Positions 1 through 9,144 are shown, numbered from the stretch's first letter. The stretch is DNA of 32,000 bases from Fibrobacter succinogenes subsp. succinogenes S85 (GCF_000146505.1 NC_017448.1:1410001-1442000); one strand, 5' to 3'. Notes: generated by a model from the sequence alone, not told the origin. Numbers and translations are program-made.

Positions 1-519
1 GCTAAAAGCGATATCAACGGACGCAGGCTTTTCCACACTCATAAATTCATAGTCAAAACCATTTACGCCATCAACCGCATTAAAACGCGCCTTGCCGCAA
101 ATAGAACCACCACAAAGTTCAATCACATCGCTCATGGCCAAAGAATCGTAATCTTGTCGAGCAGTTCCCGTCCATAAAACACTTGGAATCAGAACTTCGT
201 TTGTATCCAACGTCCAATACCAAATGCCAGACGTATTCGTTCCGTTATCAAAACCAGTATGGACGCGGTTTCCAGATTCCGGATTCCACATTTCAGCAAA
301 CCAGTCGCAACCGGCAGGCGCATTTTCCATTTCAGACACGCGACATAGTCTTGGTTGACCATCCCTCGGGAAAGTCCCGCTGCTCGACGAATAACTTGAC
401 GAGCTAAGCGCAATCGTATTCGGTTCCACCGATGTCCCAGAGACACTATCATCCGAACAGGCGGTAGCCCACAACGCTAGCGCCACAGCACCGCACGCCG
501 CATAAAGTTTATTCTCCAT
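1..519 (-). CDS. putative lipoprotein, N-terminal 173 codons (C-terminus lies beyond the window start)
   Basis: The frame is open from the ATG at 519-517 to position 1; it is absent from the ORF track because it runs off the edge. It translates as MENKLYAACGAVALALWATAC/SDDSVSGTSVEPN..., i.e. a signal peptide with a lipobox Cys followed by a Ser-rich linker. An AGAGGAGG RBS lies 6 nt upstream. The start is 1 nt after the stop of the upstream gene (521-523). Confidence 0.7.
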   Translation of the reverse strand, partial: MENKLYAACGAVALALWATACSDDSVSGTSVEPNTIALSSSSYSSSSGTFPRDGQPRLCRVSEMENAPAGCDWFAEMWNPESGNRVHTGFDNGTNTSGIWYWTLDTNEVLIPSVLWTGTARQDYDSLAMSDVIELCGGSICGKARFNAVDGVNGFDYEFMSVEKPASVDIAFS

Positions 520-520
520 T

Positions 521-1354
521 TTACGCCTCCTCTTTTTTCACAATTTCCTTTGACAGCGGAAACAGCTGTAAATTCAACCTGTAAACTTGCGTGATATCGC
601 TACATTCATTTGCAATTTCAGTAATCTTTTTGCGGCACTCGTCAAGTACTGCGACAATTTTTTCGTACGCCTCACGATTCACGCCCATCGTAATTCCCGT
701 AACGTTTCGCACGTCCGGCGCAAAGCGGTTCAGAGAATCTACCGCCAAATTTCCCATGGCACGATGCATGGAGCGGATGGCAAGCGGCAATCCTTCCTTG
801 GAGCCCTCCACAGACTTTTCAGTTTGTTCGTAAACATTCTCGCGGACTTGTTTCAGGAATCCTGCACGTTCCAGGAAAGAGAGCGACTTGCGGACATCTA
901 GCGCTGAAACATCTTGCGCACAGGCTTTTGCAATATCGCCCGGCATCGCTCCCGGCATCAAAGGCGCCAACTCTCGCACCACCGGATTTTTCCAGGTATC
1001 GTAATACTCAAACGCATCTTTATCTACAATGCGGACCTTATGAGACAAAGCCATTGAATTCATTTGTTCCAAGAACTTTTTCTTTTGTTCGTCATTCTTG
1101 GCATTACCAAACTGCACCATCGTTTCAAAATATTCGACCTCGTAACCCACAAGCCCAATCGCCTGGGCCACACGACCCATGGTCACCTTGCTCAAATTCG
1201 TCTTGCCTTCGCAAACCATCTTGAGATACGACGGCGAGACAAAACCCGCAATTTTGGCAAACTCGCGCCACGAGAACGCAGAAGTTCTCTTGCGCTCTTC
1301 GTAGTAGTCGCTCAAAAAAGCGTGGTAGTCCTGATATTCAACAATCGGCTTCAT
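521..1354 (-). CDS. TIGR02147-like (DUF4423-type) protein with an XRE-type HTH-like N-terminus
   Basis: 277-aa ORF. The segment FSWREFAKIAGFVSPSYLKMVCEGKTNLS resembles an XRE helix-turn-helix. A full-length paralogue of identical length lies at 16311-17141, with roughly half the positions identical by eye. The family name is recalled from memory, not searched. Confidence 0.8.
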   Translation of the reverse strand: MKPIVEYQDYHAFLSDYYEERKRTSAFSWREFAKIAGFVSPSYLKMVCEGKTNLSKVTMGRVAQAIGLVGYEVEYFETMVQFGNAKNDEQKKKFLEQMNSMALSHKVRIVDKDAFEYYDTWKNPVVRELAPLMPGAMPGDIAKACAQDVSALDVRKSLSFLERAGFLKQVRENVYEQTEKSVEGSKEGLPLAIRSMHRAMGNLAVDSLNRFAPDVRNVTGITMGVNREAYEKIVAVLDECRKKITEIANECSDITQVYRLNLQLFPLSKEIVKKEEA

Positions 1355-1490
1355 ACTTATAAATATACCTTTCCGACTATTTCCACGTCAATATTTTATA
1401 GTACAATTTCTTTAAAATTCCTCAATTTTAAGCAATTTTATTTAATATAAAAACACAATTTTATACTATATAGTACATCCCGTACTGTAT

Positions 1491-1525
1491 ACGAAAATCG
1501 CCGCAGTTTTACCTGCGGCGACTTT
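1491..1525 (-). terminator. rho-independent terminator downstream of maeB
   Basis: 9-bp perfect stem tcgccgcag/ctgcggcga (1498-1506 / 1513-1521) with a 6-nt loop, followed on the minus strand by TTTTCGT. Confidence 0.6.
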
Positions 1526-1563
1526 TAAAAAGCAACTAGAATCGCGGGCGCGAAATGCGCTGA

Positions 1564-3885
1564 TTACCAGATCTTGTCGAACTTCTTCTTGTTCTTTTCT
1601 TCGTCCTTCTTTTCCTGAACGATGGCGTCGATGACGGCGGCCACCGTCAGGTTGAAGATATCGTGGACAGAAGCGTCGGAGTCGGTGAAGTGCACCGGCT
1701 TGTTCAAGCCCATCTGAACAGGACCGATGGATTCGCCAACGCCCATTTCCAAAAGCATCTTGCAAGTGGTATTTGCAGAAGAGAGGCACGGGAAGATGAG
1801 CGTGTTCACGGTCTGGCCCTTGATCTTGTTGAACGGATACTTCGTGTCACGAAGGTCCTTGTCAAGCGCCACGTTCACCTGCATTTCACCATCGAGAACA
1901 TAATCCGGATACTGTTCGTGAATCGTCTTCACGGCTTCGCGGACCTTGTTCACGGTGCCACGAGCAGCTTCCTTGTCGCTACCGAAGTTTGCGTAGCTGA
2001 GCATAGCCATCACCGGTTCGTGAGCGAAGAAGCGGACAGCGTCGTGCGTGAGCTTCACGATATCAACGAGCGTTTCGGCATCGGGGTCGCGGTTCACAAG
2101 CGTATCGGCCAAGAAGAACGTACCCTTCTTAGTGCTGAGGATATGCATAGCGCCGAAGTGCTTGTATTCCGGACGAATACCGATAATTTCCTTGGCGAGT
2201 TCAATCGTTTCGGAGTACTTGGAATAGCCACCGGAAATGAGAGCATCGGCATCGCCGACCTTCACCATCATCATACCGAAGTGGTTCGGTTCGAACATGT
2301 CGTCACGTGCTTCTTCGAAGGTCACGCCATTGCGGCCGTTTTCTTCGGCGTAGATAGCGGCGTAGTTGCGGCGGCGTTCGAATTCTTCCGGAGAACGCGG
2401 GTTCACAATCTTGATGCCCGTGAGGTCGAGCTGTTCGCGCTGGGCAATCATCTGGATGCGTTCCGGGTTACCAAGCATAATCGGGTGTGCAATGCCTTCG
2501 GCCTGAGCCTGGACAGCGGCCTTGAGCATGTTGAGGTTGCTTTCGGCAAACACGACGCGCTTCGGGTTGCTGCGAGCGGTATCGCTGAACTGACGGATGA
2601 GCTTGTTGTCATAACCCATCATGTCGCGGAGGCGATCGTAGTAAGCGTCCCAATCGGTAATCGGCTTGCGGGCCACGCCACTTTCAATAGCAGCCTTGGC
2701 AACAGCGATAGAAACTTCCGTGAGGAGGCGCGGATCGAGCGGCTTCGGAATCAAGTATTCCTTGCCAAACGTGAAGCGCTGTGAGTTGTATGCAATGTTC
2801 ACCACATCCGGAACCGGCTTGTGAGCGAGAGCGGCAATCGCGCGGACAGCAGCGTGCTTCATGTGTTCGTTAATCGTCGTTGCACGCACGTCGAGAGCGC
2901 CACGGAAGATGTACGGGAAACCGATAACATTGTTCACCTGGTTCGGATAGTCGCTACGGCCCGTTGCAAAGATGAGGTCGCCACGGCTTGCCATAGCTTC
3001 TTCGTAGCTGATTTCCGGAGTCGGGTTTGCAAGCGCAAAGACAATCGGCTGGTCGGCCATGCTGCGGACCATTTCGCGAGTAAGGATGTTACCCTTGGAG
3101 AGGCCGACGAACACGTCTGCGCCCTTCATGGCATCTTCGAGCGTTTCGATATCGGTGCGTTCCGTTGCAAAGAATGCCTTTGCTTCGGTGAGGCCCTTGC
3201 GGTCCTTGCGGATAACGCCCTTGCTATCGCACATCACAAGATTTTCCTTCTTGAGACCGAGAGACAAGTAGAGGCGTGTGCAAGCACAAGCGGCAGCGCC
3301 AGCGCCGTTCACAACCATCTTCACGTTGCGAATGCTCTTGCCAGCAACTTCGATTGCGTTCAAGAGGCCTGCGGAAGAAATGATTGCCGTACCGTGCTGG
3401 TCATCGTGCATCACCGGAATATCGAGTTCAGCCTTGAGCGTGTCTTCGATTTCGAAGCATTCCGGAGCCTTGATGTCTTCGAGGTTGATGCCGCCGAACG
3501 TTGGGGCAATACCCTTCACGATTTCGATAAACTTCTTCGGATCCTTTTCGTTGATTTCGATGTCGAACACGTCAATGCCCGCATAAATCTTGAAAAGCAA
3601 AGCCTTGCCTTCCATCACCGGCTTACCAGCGAGTGCGCCAATATCGCCGAGACCAAGCACAGCCGTACCGTTACTGATCACAGCGACGAGGTTACCCTTG
3701 CCCGTGTATTCGTAAGCGAGGTTCTGGTCTTTTTCGATTTCAAGACACGGTGAAGCCACGCCCGGCGTGTATGCAAGGCCCAAGTCCGTCTGCGTGCTGT
3801 GCGGCTTGGTAGGCACGATTTCGATCTTGCCCGGCTTGCCCATGGAATGGTATTGGAGAGCCATTTCCTTTAAGTCTTTTCCCAT
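1564..3885 (-). CDS. maeB: NADP-dependent malic enzyme (malic-enzyme domain + phosphate-acetyltransferase-like C-terminal domain)
   Basis: The translation has the malic-enzyme N-terminus ([29 protein letters not shown] Rossmann motif) and a long PTA-like C-terminal half. I place the start at ATG 3885 ([13 protein letters not shown]) because AGGAGA lies 5 nt upstream. The 49 codons further upstream in the track ORF look non-coding. Confidence 0.93.
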   Translation of the reverse strand: MGKDLKEMALQYHSMGKPGKIEIVPTKPHSTQTDLGLAYTPGVASPCLEIEKDQNLAYEYTGKGNLVAVISNGTAVLGLGDIGALAGKPVMEGKALLFKIYAGIDVFDIEINEKDPKKFIEIVKGIAPTFGGINLEDIKAPECFEIEDTLKAELDIPVMHDDQHGTAIISSAGLLNAIEVAGKSIRNVKMVVNGAGAAACACTRLYLSLGLKKENLVMCDSKGVIRKDRKGLTEAKAFFATERTDIETLEDAMKGADVFVGLSKGNILTREMVRSMADQPIVFALANPTPEISYEEAMASRGDLIFATGRSDYPNQVNNVIGFPYIFRGALDVRATTINEHMKHAAVRAIAALAHKPVPDVVNIAYNSQRFTFGKEYLIPKPLDPRLLTEVSIAVAKAAIESGVARKPITDWDAYYDRLRDMMGYDNKLIRQFSDTARSNPKRVVFAESNLNMLKAAVQAQAEGIAHPIMLGNPERIQMIAQREQLDLTGIKIVNPRSPEEFERRRNYAAIYAEENGRNGVTFEEARDDMFEPNHFGMMMVKVGDADALISGGYSKYSETIELAKEIIGIRPEYKHFGAMHILSTKKGTFFLADTLVNRDPDAETLVDIVKLTHDAVRFFAHEPVMAMLSYANFGSDKEAARGTVNKVREAVKTIHEQYPDYVLDGEMQVNVALDKDLRDTKYPFNKIKGQTVNTLIFPCLSSANTTCKMLLEMGVGESIGPVQMGLNKPVHFTDSDASVHDIFNLTVAAVIDAIVQEKKDEEKNKKKFDKIW

Positions 3886-4053
3886 TTCGTTCTCCTGTGA
3901 GTCATAACTTTTTTCAAGCGCAAATTTAGAAAAATTTACACAACAATAAAAGGGTGCCAAAAATGTGTTTTTTGTTACATTTTTACCCAAAATTGCTATA
4001 GTTAAGCCGCAAATAAGACTTTTAGCTCCCATACGACGCGCGTATTACAAAAA

Positions 4054-5325
4054 ATGAAACAAAACATCAAACAGACAGTCCTCGAAAACGGAATTACCAT
4101 TTTAACAGATTACATGCCGCACGCCTATTCTGCAGCCGTCGGCGTTTGGGTCCCGCGTGGGAGTCGCCACGAAGCAAGCGATGAATTCGGGCTCAGCCAT
4201 TTTTACGAGCACCTCGTTTTCAAGGGAACCGAGAACCGCACCGCACTTGAAATTGCGCATGCAATCGAAGACCGCGGCGGGAATCTCGAAGCGTACACGA
4301 CACGCCAAGAAACAGGCTTTTACGCGCAAGTTGAAAGCAGCGATATGCCGCTTGCCATCGACGTGATTTCGGACATGCTCATGCACCCGCGCTTCGACAA
4401 GAAAGAAATGGAAAAGGAGCGCCACGTCATCATCGAGGAAGTCCACAGCTACGACGACATCCCCGAAGAACTCGTGGGCGACATCTTCAATGCGATTCAT
4501 TTCAAGGGTTGTGGTCTTGCACATTCCATCACCGGAAACGTGAAGCAAGTTCAAGCTCTTACGCGCAAGCAAATGCTCAAGTACGGGCATCAAGTCACCG
4601 ACGAAATCCCGCTTTACGTTTGCGCTTCGGGTAAAGTCAAGCACGAAGAACTCGTAGAACTTTGTGCTAAAAAATTCGAACAAAAAAAGATTAACGGAAT
4701 AACACCCGAAGACATCTACACGCCAAATCAAGGCATCAAGATTGTACAGAAAAGCGACATTACGCAATCGAACCTTTTCTGGGGTTTAAGCTTTGACCGT
4801 TCGCAGATGAGCGACCGTGACCGCAGCGCGTTTTCGCTTTTCAATGTGGCTATGGGCGCAGGCATGGCATCGCGCTTGTTCCAAAAAATCCGCGAAGACA
4901 AAGGTCTTGCCTACTCCGTGTACTCTACCGCAGACCTTTACAAGGACTGCGTGGACTGGGGCATTTCGCTTGCGACCGAGCCGCACCAGCTCAAGACCGC
5001 CCTTGCGCTTTCCATCGCCGAAGTCAAGAAGTTCCTGCGTCACGGGTTCATCAAGGATGAACTCGAACGCACCAAGACGAATATCCTCGGCGGACTCCAC
5101 CTCGGTGCAGACAGTCCCGAAAAGCGCGTAATCCGCATGGCGGAACAGACGCTCCACCTCGGCGAGTTCCACACCATGGAATACGCCGAAAAGCAAATAC
5201 GTTCCATCACCGAAGACGAAGTCCTCGCAACCGTCAACCGTTTGCTCAGCACGGCAAAATATTCCATCGCCGTCGTCGAACCCAAGAGCAAAAAGAAGAC
5301 CGTCCTCGACGTGGATTTGTTCTAG
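4054..5325 (+). CDS. M16-family (pitrilysin/insulinase-like) zinc peptidase
   Basis: 423 aa with an inverted zinc motif HxxEH (HFYEH) near the N-terminus followed by ...LEAYT..E; the length fits M16 + M16_C domains. Confidence 0.88.
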   Translation: MKQNIKQTVLENGITILTDYMPHAYSAAVGVWVPRGSRHEASDEFGLSHFYEHLVFKGTENRTALEIAHAIEDRGGNLEAYTTRQETGFYAQVESSDMPLAIDVISDMLMHPRFDKKEMEKERHVIIEEVHSYDDIPEELVGDIFNAIHFKGCGLAHSITGNVKQVQALTRKQMLKYGHQVTDEIPLYVCASGKVKHEELVELCAKKFEQKKINGITPEDIYTPNQGIKIVQKSDITQSNLFWGLSFDRSQMSDRDRSAFSLFNVAMGAGMASRLFQKIREDKGLAYSVYSTADLYKDCVDWGISLATEPHQLKTALALSIAEVKKFLRHGFIKDELERTKTNILGGLHLGADSPEKRVIRMAEQTLHLGEFHTMEYAEKQIRSITEDEVLATVNRLLSTAKYSIAVVEPKSKKKTVLDVDLF

Positions 5326-5381
5326 CACGTGTCACCCCGGACTCCGTTCCGGGAACGGTATTTTCAACGCAAATACAAAAA

Positions 5382-5407
5382 GTACCCCGCCTTTTCGGGC
5401 GGGGTAC
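5382..5407 (-). terminator. strong hairpin terminator (functional direction minus; may also stop the convergent M16 gene)
   Basis: 10-bp GC-rich stem gtaccccgcc/ggcggggtac with loop ttttcg, followed on the minus strand by TTTTTG. Confidence 0.65.
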
Positions 5408-5493
5408 AATTTCTCGCGTTTTCGCTAAGTCAGGACTTAAGCAGCCTTCACGATTTCGACGACCTTAGCAAATGCTGCCGGATCGGCGACGGC
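5408..5493. repeat. orphan copy of the rplT 3' end (86-bp direct repeat, copy 1)
   Basis: Identical to 5644-5729 except one position (g at 5433 vs a at 5669). It contains the last 18 codons, the stop and 29 nt of 3' UTR of rplT. Confidence 0.9.
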
Positions 5494-5643
5494 GGAACAC
5501 GACCGCATGCTCATTGATCAAAAAACGAGACTCCGACTATTCGCATGCTCTCGCCTACATCGCCAGCTTACGCCTGGCGACTCCAGCTCACACTTGGCCA
5601 TCGCCTTAAATGTAAAAACGCCCCACTCGCAAGGAGCAGGGCG

Positions 5644-5729
5644 AATTTCTCGCGTTTTCGCTAAGTCAGAACTTAAGCAGCCTTCACGATTTCGACGACC
5701 TTAGCAAATGCTGCCGGATCGGCGACGGC
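5644..5729. repeat. 86-bp direct repeat, copy 2 (authentic rplT 3' end)
   Basis: Same as above; this copy is contiguous with the full rplT reading frame. Confidence 0.9.
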
Positions 5730-6023
5730 CAAGTCAGCGAGAACCTTGCGGTTCATGTTGATGTTAGCCTTGGAAAGCTTGTAAATGAACTGGCTATAGC
5801 TGATGCCGAATTCACGAACAGCAGCGTTCAAGCGAGTGATCCACAGAGAGCGGAAATCACCCTTCTTGTCGCGGCGGTGTGCATAGGCATACTGACCAGC
5901 GTGGGCAACGGCGTCAATAGCAAGGCGAAGGTTCGACTTGCGGCGGCCATAGTAACCCTTGGCGGCCTTGAGGATTTTTTTGCGGCGTTCGCGGGAAGGA
6001 ACTCTAGTTTTTGCGCGTGGCAT
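5673..6023 (-). CDS. rplT: 50S ribosomal protein L20
   Basis: 116 aa, [28 protein letters not shown]..., a typical L20. Confidence 0.96.
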   Translation of the reverse strand: MPRAKTRVPSRERRKKILKAAKGYYGRRKSNLRLAIDAVAHAGQYAYAHRRDKKGDFRSLWITRLNAAVREFGISYSQFIYKLSKANINMNRKVLADLAVADPAAFAKVVEIVKAA

Positions 6024-6034
6024 TCTTACTCTCC

Positions 6035-6232
6035 TTATGCTACGACAAGCAGACGCTTGACATGATAGGTATCGACTTTCTTAACGAGAGCGCCCTTACG
6101 AAGGTTACGCTTACGCTTAGTGTTCATCTTAGCTTGAATGTGGCGCATACCAGCGCGCTTGAACTTGACATGGCCGGAACCAGTCACGCGGAAGCGCTTC
6201 TTAGCACCGCTGTGAGTTTTCATCTTAGGCAT
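6035..6232 (-). CDS. rpmI: 50S ribosomal protein L35
   Basis: 65 aa, [20 protein letters not shown]..., a typical L35, in conserved infC-rpmI-rplT order. Confidence 0.96.
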   Translation of the reverse strand: MPKMKTHSGAKKRFRVTGSGHVKFKRAGMRHIQAKMNTKRKRNLRKGALVKKVDTYHVKRLLVVA

Positions 6233-6253
6233 TTTTACCTCGTAGGTTAATAG

Positions 6254-6865
6254 TTAAGCCTCACCTGCTGCCTTTGGCTCGGTTACGGGCTTCGGTGCCT
6301 GGTCTTGTTTCTTACCGGCACCACGTTTTGGACCGTAGATAGAAAGCATTGTGTTGCCTTCCACCCGCGAATCCATTTCCAAATCGCCAAACGGAGCCAA
6401 GTCTTCCTTGGCGCGTTCCATAAGGCGCTTGCCGTAGTCCATGTGCGCCATTTCGCGTCCACGGAACTGCATGATAAGTTTCACCTTCATACCGTCCTGC
6501 AAGAACTCGCCAGCCTGCTTGATGCGGTACTGGTAGTCGTTCTCGGCAGTCTTCGGATGCATCTTGATTTCCTTGAGCTTCACCACGTGCTGCTTGGCCT
6601 TTGCAGCCTTAGCCTTCTTCAGTTGTTCGAACTTGTACTTGCCGTAGTTGATGATGCGGCAGACAGGCGGCTTAGCATTCGGGGAGACTTCCACAAGGTC
6701 CAGTCCGGCGTCTTTCGCCATCTGCAATGCCTTGCTCGTCTCGATGATGATAGCTTCGCCATCTTCTTTCACGAGACGAATCGGAGAGATATGGATATCT
6801 TCGTTGATACGGGTCCCATCGCTGGGACGGTTGGGCATGCGACGATCGCGCGGATTAGGGAACAA
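6254..6865 (-). CDS. infC: translation initiation factor IF-3
   Basis: RINEDIHISPIRLV...VCRIINYGKYKFEQ...FRGREMAH are IF-3 N- and C-domain signatures. The longest frame starts at TTG 6865 with AGAGG 8 nt upstream. The first ATG is at 6838 with no RBS, so the start codon is uncertain. Confidence 0.9.
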   Translation of the reverse strand: MFPNPRDRRMPNRPSDGTRINEDIHISPIRLVKEDGEAIIIETSKALQMAKDAGLDLVEVSPNAKPPVCRIINYGKYKFEQLKKAKAAKAKQHVVKLKEIKMHPKTAENDYQYRIKQAGEFLQDGMKVKLIMQFRGREMAHMDYGKRLMERAKEDLAPFGDLEMDSRVEGNTMLSIYGPKRGAGKKQDQAPKPVTEPKAAGEA

Positions 6866-6978
6866 GTATGCTACCTCTGATATGATTGTTTTGTTATTGC
6901 GAGCGTAAATTTAGAATTTTTTTCATATTTTTCCAACAACTTTTTTTAAGAACCCCTTTAAAAAGCGCAATATTTTTG

Positions 6979-6984
6979 TATAAT
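6979..6984 (+). promoter_or_regulatory. candidate -10 box (TATAAT) for tRNA-Gly
   Basis: A perfect TATAAT lies 12 nt upstream of the mature tRNA 5' end. I see no convincing -35, and Fibrobacter promoter rules are poorly known. Confidence 0.3.
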
Positions 6985-6995
6985 TGTCCATGCTC

Positions 6996-7067
6996 GCGGC
7001 GGTAGCTCAATGGTAGAGCCTTAGCCTTCCAAGCTAATGGTTGCCGGTTCGATCCCGGTCCGCCGCT
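6996..7067 (+). tRNA. tRNA-Gly (anticodon UCC)
   Basis: Hand-folded cloverleaf. Acceptor stem GCGGCGG/CCGCCGC; D arm GCTC-AATGGTA-GAGC; anticodon arm TTAGC-CTTCCAA-GCTAA with anticodon TCC at 7028-7030; variable loop TGGTT; T arm GCCGG-TTCGATC-CCGGT; discriminator T. No CCA is encoded. Confidence 0.92.
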
Positions 7068-7070
7068 CTT

Positions 7071-7099
7071 AGACCTCTTTTTCGAGAGGTCTTTTTTTA
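7071..7099 (+). terminator. rho-independent terminator after tRNA-Gly
   Basis: 8-bp perfect stem agacctct/agaggtct, loop ttttcg, then T7. Confidence 0.8.
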
Positions 7100-7136
7100 T
7101 TCAACGGGATGCCGGGGTTGCCATACACGCGGACTT

Positions 7137-7352
7137 TCACTTCCACGAGATTTTCAACTTGCGTTTGGCGTTCGCGCAATCCGTCAAATAAGAATCCATC
7201 AGTACCTGATACGGAATGCCAAGTTCCTCGGCCATATTCTTGAAATAGTCGATAGTTTCAACATTCAGCCTGATTGTAATTTGCTTCTTGAGAACTTTGG
7301 CATACGGGTTCTTCACCGCCTTCATTTTTGAAAAATCATATTCTTTCTTCAT
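7137..7352 (-). CDS. brnA: BrnA-family antitoxin (type II TA)
   Basis: MKKEYDFSKMKAVKNPYAKVLKKQITIRL..IDYFK..GIPYQVLMDSYL matches the BrnA pattern. I chose ATG 7352 because AAGGAG lies 7 nt upstream and it forms an ATGA overlap with the brnT stop. Confidence 0.85.
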   Translation of the reverse strand: MKKEYDFSKMKAVKNPYAKVLKKQITIRLNVETIDYFKNMAEELGIPYQVLMDSYLTDCANAKRKLKISWK

Positions 7353-7663
7353 AAGCATTCTCCTTTTCTCGCGTTCCAATAATATTGAAATTCCTTCTTT
7401 GTAGCTTTCCGAGCACTGATTATACGATTAACCAAAACATTGGGATTCAAACCATTCCATTCAGTAAAGATGACAACTAGAGTTCTTAAACAAGACGACA
7501 GCCCTATAAGAATAGACCTATCTTCCTGTGCTGAATGTTCCACATCAAAGAACACCCTCGCATATTCATCTTCAAAGCAAGTTTTAGCCTCCTCAAATGA
7601 AACATCATGCTTCTTTTGATTAATCGCATTTTTCTTTTCATCCCACGCGAATTCTATTTGCAT
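7349..7663 (-). CDS. brnT: BrnT-family toxin (DUF497 ribonuclease toxin)
   Basis: FAWDEKKNAINQKKHDVSFEEAK....RIISARKATKKE is the DUF497/BrnT signature. The gene lies upstream of and overlaps brnA. Confidence 0.87.
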   Translation of the reverse strand: MQIEFAWDEKKNAINQKKHDVSFEEAKTCFEDEYARVFFDVEHSAQEDRSILIGLSSCLRTLVVIFTEWNGLNPNVLVNRIISARKATKKEFQYYWNARKGECL

Positions 7664-7678
7664 ACAGCACTCCGCGTC

Positions 7679-7697
7679 ATAATTATAATATAATTAT
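7679..7697. promoter_or_regulatory. perfect 9-1-9 inverted repeat, candidate brnTA operator/promoter
   Basis: ATAATTATA-a-TATAATTAT lies 16 bp upstream of the brnT ATG and contains TATAAT on both strands. Confidence 0.45.
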
Positions 7698-7870
7698 TAA
7701 ATTTAAAACAAGCAACTTTAGCTTTATCACAAGTACAAACTTTAATCATTATAAAGTTCCCTTTTTACGGACCGCGCCGTAACGCAGCAGAGAATCAAAC
7801 CCCTACCATACTATATACACGCTTTTTTGAGCTATTTGACCCACTATTTTTTTGTAAAATTTTTCACAAC

Positions 7871-7902
7871 AAAAAAAACTCCAGCTTTACAAGCCAGAGT
7901 TT
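7871..7902 (-). terminator. terminator of the three-gene lipoprotein operon
   Basis: On the minus strand AACUCUGGC-UUGUAAA-GCUGGAGUU forms a 9-bp stem (two G-U pairs) followed by U8. It lies 20 nt after the stop at 7922. Confidence 0.5.
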
Positions 7903-7921
7903 TTCAATCCAACAGTATTTT

Positions 7922-8737
7922 TTACAAATCACTTTTTTGAGGGTTTCCTACACCTTTCAAAATCTCAAGCACTCCTCTTGAATATGGTGTTGCAGGAGCC
8001 GCCTCCAGCGCATTCCCTGGAGTGCAAGAACACCTCTTGTGTTTTTTAAGTTCGTCTTGAGAAGGCATTTCCAAACCCACGGCATCGTACATATCCTTGG
8101 ACAGTTTCGCCCAATCGCCATAACTAGAATCCGCGTCATTCATCAATCCAAAAGAGAAAAACGAAAAGCCAGCATTTTTAGCCGCTTGCACTAACGGCTT
8201 ATAAGAACGAAGCTGCTGGAGAAATTCTTCGCGGGTTCCATTCGGCTCCAGCACAAAAAGAATATCATTCGTATCAAGGCGGTCTTCGGCCTGCTTGCGC
8301 AATTCAACCAAATTCCAGGCAACTTCATCAAGAGCAGACAACGGAGCCACAACAACATTGTCGCTACGGAGTTTCAACTTTTTCTTCAACGGTGGCGGCA
8401 TTATTCCACCTTCTCCAAGCCCAACAGCATTATACATCTTATGGTTCTTATCAACGATTACGCTATCAAGCACACCATTCTTTTCAGAGTACAACGCCCA
8501 CATAATGCGTCCAGGATCATCAGCGCTTTCGCAATGGAGCGTCACATAGCGCTTTCCATATCGGTCAGACAATGTTGTATAAAAAATATTAGGCGAGAAA
8601 CCGCCCTTAGCGCCAACGACCATAAAATCCTTTGCAATCATTACAGAAAGATCAAGGGTATGGCAGTCCGCCCAACAAAGTGTCGAACAAGCCATAACCA
8701 ACGCCATTAGGACTTTTGAAATTTTTCGCAACACCAT
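7922..8737 (-). CDS. hypothetical secreted protein / lipoprotein
   Basis: The ATG at 8737 overlaps the upstream TGA (TGATG coupling). The N-terminus MVLRKISKVLMALVMAC is signal-peptide/lipobox-like. I recognise no domain. Confidence 0.6.
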   Translation of the reverse strand: MVLRKISKVLMALVMACSTLCWADCHTLDLSVMIAKDFMVVGAKGGFSPNIFYTTLSDRYGKRYVTLHCESADDPGRIMWALYSEKNGVLDSVIVDKNHKMYNAVGLGEGGIMPPPLKKKLKLRSDNVVVAPLSALDEVAWNLVELRKQAEDRLDTNDILFVLEPNGTREEFLQQLRSYKPLVQAAKNAGFSFFSFGLMNDADSSYGDWAKLSKDMYDAVGLEMPSQDELKKHKRCSCTPGNALEAAPATPYSRGVLEILKGVGNPQKSDL

Positions 8738-9144
8738 CAAGAGCACACTTTCGTCTTCCTGTCGTTGCCGCCACCGTCCCTGCAGGTGGCTTTCGCCGCA
8801 CTATAAGCCATCTCCACTCCGACTTCAGATTCCATATTGTACATGGAATAAGTCTTGGTATCGGTTGAACCATGAGCGTCCTTGATGGTCACAATCAGAT
8901 TTCGGCCATCAGCCTTGTAGGTGTATTCGGCATCGTCACCGAACGCGTCCTTACGCACAAAGTGCCAAGTGCTCACGTCGGACTTGACCATAGCATCGCA
9001 AGCCGGCAGTTCAATGCAAGTTTTAGCAACACCCTCTGTTTCTAGCGACGGCGAAGCTTCATCTGCCTGAGTGGCAGAATTACCATCATCGCAAGCTACA
9101 AAGACCAACGCCAAAGAAACAACAGACAAACTAAAATAATTCAT
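8737..9144 (-). CDS. small lipoprotein
   Basis: MNYFSLSVVSLALVFVAC/DDG is a signal peptide with lipobox; AAGGAG lies 4 nt upstream of the ATG. Confidence 0.65.
   Translation of the reverse strand: MNYFSLSVVSLALVFVACDDGNSATQADEASPSLETEGVAKTCIELPACDAMVKSDVSTWHFVRKDAFGDDAEYTYKADGRNLIVTIKDAHGSTDTKTYSMYNMESEVGVEMAYSAAKATCRDGGGNDRKTKVCS

Noticed and set aside
1394-1480. AT-rich palindromes (tactatatagta at 1464-1475, repeated tatagtaca) as specific operators of the first TIGR02147-like gene
   Set aside because: Short AT palindromes are expected by chance in AT-rich intergenic DNA, and they are not shared with the upstream region of the paralogue.
3886-4032. 49-codon N-terminal extension of the malic-enzyme ORF
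   Set aside because: The extension has no homology-like content. An ATG with a good AGGAGA RBS at 3885 gives the canonical MaeB N-terminus.
5329-5704. 62-aa and 65-aa plus-strand ORFs between the M16 gene and rplT
   Set aside because: They run through terminator hairpins and the duplicated rplT 3' end, have no RBS, and have Arg/Ser-rich composition typical of antisense or non-coding DNA.
7760-7800. Possible tRNA 3' fragment (gaatcaaacccctacc, reverse complement GGTAGGGGTTTGATTC) that might mark an island att site
   Set aside because: The flanking bases do not form a T-stem and there is no similarity to the 3' end of the adjacent tRNA-Gly, so this is probably chance.
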